This document shows positions 48,453 to 57,091 of a stretch of DNA of 64,000 nt, in pieces. The notes under the pieces were generated by a model. The model saw only the letters and a program-made list of their open reading frames with translations, ran no database searches and was not told the origin of the DNA. Source of the stretch: Nanobdellota archaeon (lineage in GTDB: Archaea; Nanobdellota; Nanobdellia; Pacearchaeales; GW2011-AR1); the NCBI GenBank assembly GCA_038045705.1, contig JBBSXO010000001.1, forward strand, positions 111,669 through 175,668, in the 5' to 3' direction. The first letter of the stretch is position 1. Every line of letters begins with the position of its first letter. The position numbers were made by a program, and so were the translations under genes.

Positions 48453-49313
48453 ATGTCCTCCAACAGATACAGTAAAAGGATTTTTACCAAATTCTATATC
48501 TGCCTCTCTGCCTAAATCATGATAATTTTTATCAAGAATATTCTGCATTCCAGCTTCAAGAAATAAATAATTTCCATTACTCGGCCTATATTTTAATGAG
48601 CCTGTAATTGAACAAACAGTCATATCAACAAGATTAAAACCAGCTTCTCTATCGTCTCTATTATATCTATCATATCCTGTTTCAGCAACTAAATCTTCTC
48701 TCCAAATGCTACAATCTACACCAACAGAGAAAGAGTTAGAAATATTTGTCTCTAGTCCAACAAACAATTTAGGTATCAAAAATGAATTCCAATTTGGTCC
48801 AGCTTTTGTATGCATGGAATAATAAGTTAAAAAAGAGTTTTGATCTGATTCTCCCAATTCAGCATAATCTTTTTTAGGAGTATTGGCAGATAACATTCCA
48901 CCTAGTTCAAACTCAACTCCTACTCTTAATAAAAGATCTTCTCTAATTAGCCTTAGTTTTTGTCCATACCTTAAAAACATACCAGTTCTAGATCCAACTG
49001 TAACGCTATCATCTTCTATTGAACCTTGTTCAGATTTGTCGCGACCACTTGGAACATTTCTAATCCGTTCAGGAACATTATTTACTTCTTTTACTAAAGG
49101 ATGTCTATAAATCGAACCAGCCTCTAAAAAAGAAGTAGAATCGTTATCTTTTTTATCTTCAACATTCTGATTTCTTTCTTGAACCATTACTACTCCAACC
49201 ATTGGACCAATTACTGAAAATACTTCATTAGTCATAGTAGCACTACATCCTCCAAGAATACCAGCAAGTCCTACAGTTGCAATATTTTTACCCAAAGACA
49301 TAACTCTATCCAT
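48441..49313 (-). CDS. Hypothetical lipoprotein with outer-membrane beta-barrel-like C-terminus
   Basis: Lipobox-like LGGC; alternating amphipathic strands; ends FTVSVGGHLTF. Confidence 0.6.
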   Translation of the reverse strand: MDRVMSLGKNIATVGLAGILGGCSATMTNEVFSVIGPMVGVVMVQERNQNVEDKKDNDSTSFLEAGSIYRHPLVKEVNNVPERIRNVPSGRDKSEQGSIEDDSVTVGSRTGMFLRYGQKLRLIREDLLLRVGVEFELGGMLSANTPKKDYAELGESDQNSFLTYYSMHTKAGPNWNSFLIPKLFVGLETNISNSFSVGVDCSIWREDLVAETGYDRYNRDDREAGFNLVDMTVCSITGSLKYRPSNGNYLFLEAGMQNILDKNYHDLGREADIEFGKNPFTVSVGGHLTF

Positions 49314-49368
49314 TCAAATAATAATAAAAACCTATCTTATTGCTGGCCAGTAACAATTATTTTAAACC

Positions 49369-50667
49369 TCAAACAGGTCTAAGATTTCCCCATTTCTCAA
49401 GGGCTTCTCTTAACTCAACATTATATTTAGCATGTTCTTGCAATGTCTCGCCTTCATGAATTGCATCGATAGCCTGTCTTGTAGCCATTGCGCCTGCTCT
49501 AGTTCCTCTAGGGTGTCCATGTATGCCTCCAGAGACCAACATAACACACTCATCACCAAATAATTTCATCAAATCGGGAACAAGACCAGGATGCAAGCCT
49601 CCAGAAGTAACTGGGAATGCTTGCTTTAATCCAAACCAATCTTGAGCAAATCTTAAATTCTTTTTTTCACTAACTTTTTTCTCACGCAGAGTATCACTCA
49701 CATTTCTAACTTCTTCTGCAGTTCCTACAAGTTTCCCAACAGCAGTTCCAGAGTGTATCTGATCAACTCCAATCATCCTCATTAATTTAGCAAGCATATA
49801 CATCGACATTCCATGTTTGGGGTTTTTGTCAAACATAGCATGCATAGCCCTATGAGCATGAATTGCCATTCCATAATCTCCAAGAGTATTACGTAAAGTC
49901 TGAACGCCAGAGTAACCAGTAACTACGACGTCAATCATAGCATGTTTAAATCCATAATCATGCAGAAGTTTAGCGCGTCTTTTCATTTCATCAGTTTCAG
50001 CAGTTATATTAATATAGGCATCTTTGATATTTCCAGTTAATTTCTCAGCCCTATCTCTAAGTTTAGCAAGTAGCTTAACTCTTTTATCAAAATTATTAAA
50101 TTTAGTTGATGTCAAGTTCTCATCATCTTTTACAAAATCAAAACCACCCATCCAAGTCTCAAATCCAATTTCAGCATGTTCAACATCCGAAAAACCAATT
50201 TTAGGTTTTGGAACAGCACCTAAAAGAGGACGTTTGTAAACATTCATCATTTTTCTTATCCCATGCATTCCATGTTTAGGACCAGGAAAACTTTTAAGAT
50301 AACTTTTAGGAAATTGTATATCCAGCAATCGCAAATTATCAAGAGCCTTCATTCCAAAAATATTTCCACCAATTCCACTAAGGAGTTGAGGACAGTTTCC
50401 AGGCTCCCACAAATCTAAGGGATATGCAACTTTCAAAATATTTCCTTCATGATGATATGCATGAGCCATTAATTTTTTCATTCTAGGAGGCATCTTAAAC
50501 AAAGTAGTCCACGTCCCTGTAGAACTTTCGGAAGCAATTCTTCCAATTGCTTCATTAACAGAAATCCCAGAAGCAGGCTCAAAATAAAACAAAGCAATTA
50601 GTTCATCCTTAGCAGGTTTATACGACGAGTCTACAAAATCTAAATACCACTCTACCTTCTTTTGCAT
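49369..50667 (-). CDS. rbcL: RuBisCO large subunit, form III-type
   Basis: ASESSTGTWT, KPKIG, GGFDFVKDDENL, HAHRAMH, HSGTAVGKL, SGGLHPG, GGIHGHP; no small subunit gene. Confidence 0.93.
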   Translation of the reverse strand: MQKKVEWYLDFVDSSYKPAKDELIALFYFEPASGISVNEAIGRIASESSTGTWTTLFKMPPRMKKLMAHAYHHEGNILKVAYPLDLWEPGNCPQLLSGIGGNIFGMKALDNLRLLDIQFPKSYLKSFPGPKHGMHGIRKMMNVYKRPLLGAVPKPKIGFSDVEHAEIGFETWMGGFDFVKDDENLTSTKFNNFDKRVKLLAKLRDRAEKLTGNIKDAYINITAETDEMKRRAKLLHDYGFKHAMIDVVVTGYSGVQTLRNTLGDYGMAIHAHRAMHAMFDKNPKHGMSMYMLAKLMRMIGVDQIHSGTAVGKLVGTAEEVRNVSDTLREKKVSEKKNLRFAQDWFGLKQAFPVTSGGLHPGLVPDLMKLFGDECVMLVSGGIHGHPRGTRAGAMATRQAIDAIHEGETLQEHAKYNVELREALEKWGNLRPV

Positions 50668-50785
50668 ATAATAAAAACGCTATTTTATTTTATAAACTGT
50701 TGTGTGTAAAAAATATGATATTATTGTAACTATATAATTACTACATAAAGAAACATTTAAATACGCCCCTTATAATCAAAATTCA

Positions 50786-51130
50786 ATGTTTAAAATTAAT
50801 TTAGAAGGTTTTGTTGAGGAAGCTAATGTTATAAACTTAAAAGAAGTCGTTGTTGAAAATAGTATTGCTTCTGATGGAAGAATCGCAGGTTATACTGGAG
50901 AACTTTCCATAAAATTAAGAACTACAGATAAAACTAACGAAATAAAAATGCGTATCTCTGTCTCTAATCCATTTGAAACAAGATTAATTACTAATGGTCT
51001 TAAGGGACAAAAAGTAATTTATAATGAAGAGCGTGGAAATTGGGACGAAGGCTCATTTGTAGAACGTCGTCTTCAAGTTCTATCAGGTACATTTGAAGGA
51101 CTAGAATACAAAACAGATAAATTCTACTAA
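50786..51130 (+). CDS. Hypothetical protein
   Basis: 114-aa ORF; TATA (ATTTAAATA) about 25 nt upstream. Confidence 0.65.
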   Translation: MFKINLEGFVEEANVINLKEVVVENSIASDGRIAGYTGELSIKLRTTDKTNEIKMRISVSNPFETRLITNGLKGQKVIYNEERGNWDEGSFVERRLQVLSGTFEGLEYKTDKFY

Positions 51131-51143
51131 TTTTTTAATAAAA

Positions 51144-51734
51144 TTACAATATTCCTTCTCTAGCTACTTCTAAAATAAACGCATCTCCATCACTAGCTGT
51201 TTGAACTTCTGCTAATCTCATATCAACATTAACCTTTTGAGTACATCTAGCTGTTCCAGAAGGAACATCAATTTCAATTAATCCAAAAGCAGTTGAACCA
51301 GAATATCTGTCAAATTCATTCCATGTATTTACTCTAGTAACAAAAAGACCTTCAGCTCTTTCATTACCTAAAACTCTCAAACAATTTTCATCACTGTCAT
51401 CTGCTAAACTGATTCTATAAAGTAAACTCTCCCTAGTTATTGAAGCACCATCGGGATGTTGAGCACCAATAGCAACATTAAATCTATCTCCTGGTTTTAC
51501 CTTAGCAGTATCTGCAGATCCCAATTTAACAACAAGGTTTCCAGTACTGTCTCCAAACAAATTAAGTATCTCGCTCTGTACTTGCTCATTTAAATCATCA
51601 ACCGTATTTGTAGAACCTGAAAATATTGTCCTAACAAGAACCAAACCTAAAATTAGCATACTCATTCCAATAACAATTACAACAATAGTTCCTATAGAAA
51701 GCTCAAGTGCTCCATTTCTATTTTTATTGACCAT
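51144..51734 (-). CDS. Pilin-like protein (class III signal peptide)
   Basis: RNG/ALELSIGTIVVIVIGMSMLILG. Confidence 0.72.
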   Translation of the reverse strand: MVNKNRNGALELSIGTIVVIVIGMSMLILGLVLVRTIFSGSTNTVDDLNEQVQSEILNLFGDSTGNLVVKLGSADTAKVKPGDRFNVAIGAQHPDGASITRESLLYRISLADDSDENCLRVLGNERAEGLFVTRVNTWNEFDRYSGSTAFGLIEIDVPSGTARCTQKVNVDMRLAEVQTASDGDAFILEVAREGIL

Positions 51735-52029
51735 AATTGCTCAGCTCTGAAAGACCTTGCAAATCAGCAACAGAATTACGAACAAAAATAGAAAGATAAA
51801 CAGTTAATACTATTGCAAGAACAAAGCCGATTATATTAAGTGCAATTCCCCATTTAGACCATTTATTTTTACTATGTTTGTGTTGATGTAATGAAAACCA
51901 GAAACCAATGAATCCAAGCAACAAACCAGGAACCCCTGACATAACAGACAATATTCCAAGCACAAGACCAGCAATGCCAGCACTATTATCATGATGTCTA
52001 ATTTCTTTATCAACCATCTCTTTCTTCAT
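51724..52029 (-). CDS. Small membrane protein (DUF4190-like)
   Basis: AGIAGLVLGILS...GLLLGFIG...GIALNIIG. Confidence 0.65.
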   Translation of the reverse strand: MKKEMVDKEIRHHDNSAGIAGLVLGILSVMSGVPGLLLGFIGFWFSLHQHKHSKNKWSKWGIALNIIGFVLAIVLTVYLSIFVRNSVADLQGLSELSNYGQ

Positions 52030-52081
52030 GAAAGGGAAAACTAATAGATGTTTATAAATATTACCAAAAGTTAGCTTTTAA

Positions 52082-52525
52082 ATGAGAAAAGGAGTTTCAC
52101 CAATTATTGCTACAGTAATCTTGATTGCAATCACAGTAACTTTAGGTTTTATAGTTTTTAATTCAAGCTCTGAATTTATAGCTCAACTAGCACCAACACC
52201 ATATTGTGAAAGAATCTTATTTGAAGCAGGAATACATGAAAATGGAGGAGAATACTTTCTTGAAGTCACAAATTTAGGAAATGAAATAATTGAAGGCTTC
52301 AATTTGCAGATTAAAGATAATTTCGAAAATGTAGATATTCAAAAAATAGAATTAAAAATAAATCCGGGCCAATCAATATCACAAGAAATTAATCTAGAAA
52401 ATATTGAAGAAAAAGAATTATCTCTAATTCCAATAATAGCTAATGCAGAAGGTAATGCTCTGCCATGTGATTATGTTTTTGCTAAACCTCTAAATTCTCA
52501 AATAATAGGATTTGTTATAGGGTAA
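52082..52525 (+). CDS. Archaeal type IV pilin/archaellin-like N-terminal domain protein
   Basis: MRKG/VSPIIATVILIAITV is the canonical archaeal pilin N-terminus. Confidence 0.88.
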   Translation: MRKGVSPIIATVILIAITVTLGFIVFNSSSEFIAQLAPTPYCERILFEAGIHENGGEYFLEVTNLGNEIIEGFNLQIKDNFENVDIQKIELKINPGQSISQEINLENIEEKELSLIPIIANAEGNALPCDYVFAKPLNSQIIGFVIG

Positions 52526-52550
52526 GTTTAATCAAAATTATTTTAAAAAA

Positions 52551-52622
52551 TGGGCGGAGAGGGAATCGAACCCCCGACAGCACGAGCTTCAGTCGTGTAC
52601 TCTCCCACTGAGTTACCCGCCC
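52551..52622 (-). tRNA. tRNA-Phe(GAA)
   Basis: GGGCGGG/UCCGCCC acceptor stem; anticodon arm CACGA-CUGAAGC-UCGUG; GTTCGA T-loop; no encoded CCA; T-run follows. Confidence 0.95.
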
Positions 52623-52647
52623 CTAGGACACAATAAAAAGAGCAGTT

Positions 52648-53403
52648 TTAAACTTTAGTATCCAGAATATTAGAAAGTCTATTCTGTTTTTCTCCTTCAA
52701 ACCCAATTTCTTTATAGAATATTAAAGTAGCTTTAGATGGTATTAATATGTATACAGGCCTAGTGATTATTCCATCTTTTCTTAAATTCTTTGAACTTCC
52801 GACACTAACTTTAGAGTCTATATCAAAATATTTTTTCATTAAATCTGCTATCTCTTCGAAGAAAACTCTACCTTGGTTTAAATGCTCTTCACACTTCCAC
52901 ATATTCATTCCTATTCTAGGACTTCTTCCCAACTTATAGTTAATACTTCCTTCACAAGTAAATAATCTTTGACAAAACCTTCTAAAATAGTTTTTGTCTT
53001 CCTTTATCCAGTTTGGTAAACCAAATTTTTGTAAAACCTTTTGTCCAGCAGGAACACCTGCAAGATATAAAATACGGGCAATTGGAGCGCAATTAAATCC
53101 TATATTATATGTGTGATATTTATTAGTAGAGCAAGGCCTTATCTTTCCATTAATATTAAAAATTCTTAACATTTCATTCTCGAATCTTTTTAATTCTTCT
53201 AAATCTTTAGAAGTAAAGTCTATTCTCCAAACAGGAGTTTTTTGTAGATTACCATCTCCCATTAAGTCAGCAACAATACCTGCTAAAGTTTCATTTGCAT
53301 TTACCGGAAAAAAATGAGCATAGTCTTTTAAGTGTCTTATTCGATGGGTTCGGGTTTTGTAGGTAGTTAGAAGATCATCATAAGTTAATACTACAACACC
53401 CAC
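52648..53403 (-). CDS. Free-standing double-motif LAGLIDADG endonuclease-like protein
   Basis: LAGIVADLMGDGNL and FCQRLFTCEGSI motifs; GVPAGQK...LPNWI; FYKEIGF. Confidence 0.85.
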   Translation of the reverse strand: MGVVVLTYDDLLTTYKTRTHRIRHLKDYAHFFPVNANETLAGIVADLMGDGNLQKTPVWRIDFTSKDLEELKRFENEMLRIFNINGKIRPCSTNKYHTYNIGFNCAPIARILYLAGVPAGQKVLQKFGLPNWIKEDKNYFRRFCQRLFTCEGSINYKLGRSPRIGMNMWKCEEHLNQGRVFFEEIADLMKKYFDIDSKVSVGSSKNLRKDGIITRPVYILIPSKATLIFYKEIGFEGEKQNRLSNILDTKV

Positions 53404-53463
53404 TTATTTAGAAAGATAAAATCATTATAAATTTAAGTAGAAATTTTAGAATGGTAAAATAAA

Positions 53464-53818
53464 GTGAGTCAGGCATAGGCCAGATTCTGTCGAACATCGC
53501 ATCATAACATGCGAACTGTGCGCGCTAACATCTTTCTAAGCCCACGGTTAGAGTGGTTGCATCAACGAAGACGCCCATCACATTTCTGTGAAGTGAAATT
53601 CTTACGAATTTCCCGTTTCATCAAATCCAACACGTCTTAACTTCCCTCAAGGTTCACAGTTCGGTGTTGGCTGTGTCGTTTCTGTTGCGGAGCTCTACCT
53701 CGCGATAGTTGCCCTTTCAAGCAATCGCTTTAATTGATGTCCGGACCTTCCTCGAAGGAGAATTCATTAAAATTCTTGTCTATTGAAAGACACCTTCGGA
53801 GTTAGCTACCCGACTCAC
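53464..53818 (-). ncRNA. rnpB: RNase P RNA
   Basis: P1 ends GUGAGUCGGGUAG / CUAUGCCUGACUCAC; CR-I GAGGAAGGUCCGG; ACAGAAAC; GAAACG; CR-V ACAGAAUCUGGCCUA; TATA upstream. Confidence 0.92.
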
Positions 53819-53921
53819 AAAAAACAACAAAAATAGCTATATTTAAAACTTGTTATAAGACAAGTTTTAAGCCTGTTAATTTATTAACAACGTTTAAAAC
53901 TATCTAGCGCATTAAAAAAAT

Positions 53922-54578
53922 ATGAAAATTCAAAAAAGAGAAAATAGAAGAGATAGAATAAAAAGAAAAATCAAAGAAGAAATTAGCAAAGCATATAGGC
54001 ATAAGCGTCTTATTGTAGGAATAATATCTTTTCTTTTAGTAATTGCAATATATTTATTCAAAGATTCTTCTTCAATTACTTTAAGGTATTCAACATTTAT
54101 TGGATTAGTAATTGCATTCTATATATTAGATTATTTATTCGATGTAAGATTTCATTTTAAACATTACTTCTTTATTATTGTTATAGGTGTATCTGGGTTA
54201 ATGCTTAGCCATTTATATTTTATACATCCGCAATATGACAAAATACAGCATTTTATTTTACCAATAATGCTTTGTTCAATTTTCTTTTTTATGGTTAACA
54301 AATTAAAATTAGCCTTAAAGTGGAAGATAACATTTACAGTTTTATCTATAGCTGGACTATTAGGAATTTTTGAAATAGGAGAATATATCTTAGATTTGCT
54401 ATTTAATTTTAGACTACAAGGAGTTTATCTTAGAGACTTAACTGGCTTAGAAAAATTTAATCTTCTTCTAAATCCACTAGATGATACAATGGTTGATTTA
54501 TCATTCGGTATTTTAGGTTCATCTTTATACGCGTTATATGCTTGGTTTAAGTATTCAAAATATCATAGAACAAGATAG
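53922..54578 (+). CDS. Hypothetical multi-pass membrane protein
   Basis: YDKIQHF...FEIGEY..D...DTMVDL pattern in a TM protein. Confidence 0.7.
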   Translation: MKIQKRENRRDRIKRKIKEEISKAYRHKRLIVGIISFLLVIAIYLFKDSSSITLRYSTFIGLVIAFYILDYLFDVRFHFKHYFFIIVIGVSGLMLSHLYFIHPQYDKIQHFILPIMLCSIFFFMVNKLKLALKWKITFTVLSIAGLLGIFEIGEYILDLLFNFRLQGVYLRDLTGLEKFNLLLNPLDDTMVDLSFGILGSSLYALYAWFKYSKYHRTR

Positions 54579-54618
54579 ACTGCTAAAGATATATAAAATA
54601 GTGAAATCAAAACATCTA

Positions 54619-55020
54619 ATGGCACAAAAAAGAGATGATTATGAAGATGAAGACTCAGATGACGATGAAAAACTTTATTTCGATAAACTAACAATATTCA
54701 TAGGAATATCTTTTATAGTTCTTTCAGAATTATTTTTATATTTCTTAAGCATTAGAACAGGCTCATCATATGGCTTAAAAGAGATAGCTTTTGCATTAAT
54801 TACAGGCATAGTAATAACTCTATTCCTGATGTGGATAAGATTCATAATGTCAAGCAATAAATACATGGGTGGATTTATAGGCGTAGCAGGAGTAATCTCT
54901 GTTGCATATGCATTAACTAGAAAATATCAGGGCACATTCACGACGATATTTCTATCAATTGGAATATTGTTTGCTTTATTTTATACAATATTTTATTTTA
55001 TAAAATCTGGGAAGAAATAA
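54619..55020 (+). CDS. Hypothetical membrane protein with acidic N-terminus
   Basis: MAQKRDDYEDEDSDDDEK followed by four TMs. Confidence 0.65.
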   Translation: MAQKRDDYEDEDSDDDEKLYFDKLTIFIGISFIVLSELFLYFLSIRTGSSYGLKEIAFALITGIVITLFLMWIRFIMSSNKYMGGFIGVAGVISVAYALTRKYQGTFTTIFLSIGILFALFYTIFYFIKSGKK

Positions 55021-55102
55021 TTATTGAAGAATAATCTTAGAACATTTTTTATATTTGTAAAAAATACAAAAGCTTAACTTAAAGTTTATATGATAAATCA
55101 TA

Positions 55103-55130
55103 GACGCGCGTACGCAGGAAAAACAAGCAA
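55103..55130. repeat. 23S pre-rRNA processing stem, 3' arm
   Basis: GACGCGCGTACGCAGGAAAAACAAGCAA is the perfect inverted repeat of the arm at about 59144-59171. Confidence 0.85.
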
Positions 55131-55460
55131 TTACCATTTGTGAGTCTATTTATTAAAATTCTAAATCATCTAAAACAATTATTTGAGGCTATTAGTAGTT
55201 GTACGCTGAACCCCTCGTTGCCTTAGGGCTTACACGCCAACTCTATCAACGTCATCTTCTATGACGGCCTTAGTTGTTTCGTCTTGCGGATGGCTTCGTG
55301 CTTAGATGCTTTCAGCACTTATCCAAACAATGCGTAGCTACGCGGCCTGCTTCATAACAACCGCTTACCAGAGGCATCCGAGGATCGTTCCTCTCGTACT
55401 AAATCCTCGTTCCACTCAAACAACAACGCGCCTTGCAGATATCATACAAACTGTCTCACG

Positions 55461-55838
55461 TATATACTCTAATCTTAATTTCTTCGATTAGTATGGACTA
55501 TACCTTCATCTTTTCTTTCGAAAAGCGATCAGCGTCTTAACTATTCTAAGGCATAATGCCTTTCCTGGACATCAATCCAGAGCGAATAATTCCAGATTTT
55601 ATCAACACTTGACGAGTGTCTATCTATTTCAAGAAAATCTAAGTCTCTACGGGGTTTCACTTCGTGAGTGAAACTTCCCTCGGGATTATCATTCTCTTAT
55701 GCGAGAAAGACTTCACCGATATGAGCTGATTCTATTTTTCATTCAATCACTTGAATGCAACGCCGTATTTTGATAGTTGCGGTAATGTTCAAAATTTAAT
55801 TTGAACTATGGTACGGGAATATTCGTTAGTTTATGTTT
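55461..55838 (-). mobile_element. Group I intron at LSU position 2593 (IA-like, no ORF)
   Basis: Interrupts GAACGU^CGUGAG; IGS UACG-GCGUU; P3 AUCAGC/GCUGAU; P7 GAGACU/AGUCC; extra helices between P7 and P3'. Confidence 0.9.
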
Positions 55839-56488
55839 ACGTTCTTAACCCAGCTAACGATCCCTTTTAATGCGTGAACTCCGACACCCTTGGTTGCTTA
55901 TGCACAACCAGGATAGGAAGAGCCGACAGCGATGTACCAAACCGCGCCGTCAATATGGACTATCGGGCGCGACAAGCCTGTTATCCTTGGGGTACCTTTT
56001 CTGTCACACACGAGTCCTATTAAGAAACTACGTGGGGTCGCTAAGCCCGACTTTCATCTCTGCATCCCTTGCCGTTCGGAGTACAGTCAGACAAGCTTTT
56101 GCCTTCGCACTCAACTCCAGATTTCCAACCCGGATGAGCTTGTCGTTAGGCCCTATCGATATCTTTTCGACAGGGTGCCGCCCCAGCCAAACTGCCCGCC
56201 TGCTGGTGTCCCTCTTACGAGGTGAGCACTAGCACAACAAATGAGTAGTATTACATATTTTGCTCCACCAGCTCCAAAAAACTGGCTTCGACGCTCCTAC
56301 TTATTCTATGCACTTATCATAATAGTACAGCAACAAGTTGCAGTAAAGGTCCACAAGGTCTCCGCTTCCCACAAGGCGTCACCGGCATTTTCACCGGTAA
56401 GTGAGTTCAGAAGGTATTGGGTAGGGACAGTGACTATCTCGTTAAACCATTCATGCACGTCACCATTCAGATGACAAGGCATTACGCT

Positions 56489-57091
56489 CAACAATGTTTT
56501 ACTGTCGTTAATCCAATATATTATTATAAAATTAACAACACCTTATATCGCTATAAGGATCGGACTATATCTTAATAATTATTTTTAATTATTTTTAGCG
56601 TGTAGTCTCTGAGGATTCGACAGATTATCTAGATAAATCAATACCTAAAGCTAAAGCCATTCTTCTATTTTTATCTTCCATTTCTTTATCAATTAAAGAA
56701 ATACTAGCTTTTTGAGATCTTTTTATTTCTATATCGCTTCCGCAATTAGAAGTTTCAGTTTTAATACCTGCTCTACTAATTGAATAATATGCTATCTTTG
56801 GATCCCAAGAATGAAATCCTCGATCTCTTGTCTCTAAATAATCCATTAAATTATTGTAGAACTAGCTTTTTTAAACCTGCCGTCTTTCCTGCTGATTGTC
56901 TGCAATCAAATATTTTTACTAAATTTTATTTTAGTAATTTGATATTCTCAGATGTTCCAGCATATAGCTAAATTTTCTCTATTTTATTTTCTCGCATATT
57001 TTGACTTTCTCGTCGTGTTTATCTCCTTTCTATGATGGCCTAGAGCATTTTTCTTTTACAAAAAATGTAAGGCAGTTTGGTTTTCCATTCA
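56489..57091 (-). mobile_element. Group I intron at LSU position 1931
   Basis: Interrupts UAAGGU^AGCG; IGS GCCUU; P3 UUUAGC/GCUAAA; P4 UGCUGG/UCAGCA; P7 AGAGACUA/AUAGUCC; terminal G. Confidence 0.92.
56625..56846 (-). CDS. Intron-encoded 73-aa ORF in loop L6, function unknown
   Basis: Sense-strand ORF fills the insertion between the P6 strands; no homing-endonuclease motif seen. Confidence 0.5.
   Translation of the reverse strand: MDYLETRDRGFHSWDPKIAYYSISRAGIKTETSNCGSDIEIKRSQKASISLIDKEMEDKNRRMALALGIDLSR

Noticed and set aside
145..52939. Numerous short antisense or alternate-frame ORFs inside longer genes (e.g. 20866..21372, 43761..44237, 45956..46369)
   Set aside because: They are fully nested in well-supported genes and have no motifs.
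55461..57091. BHB-type archaeal introns as the explanation for the 23S insertions
   Set aside because: Both insertions have group I core elements (IGS, P3, P4, P7) at known group I sites.
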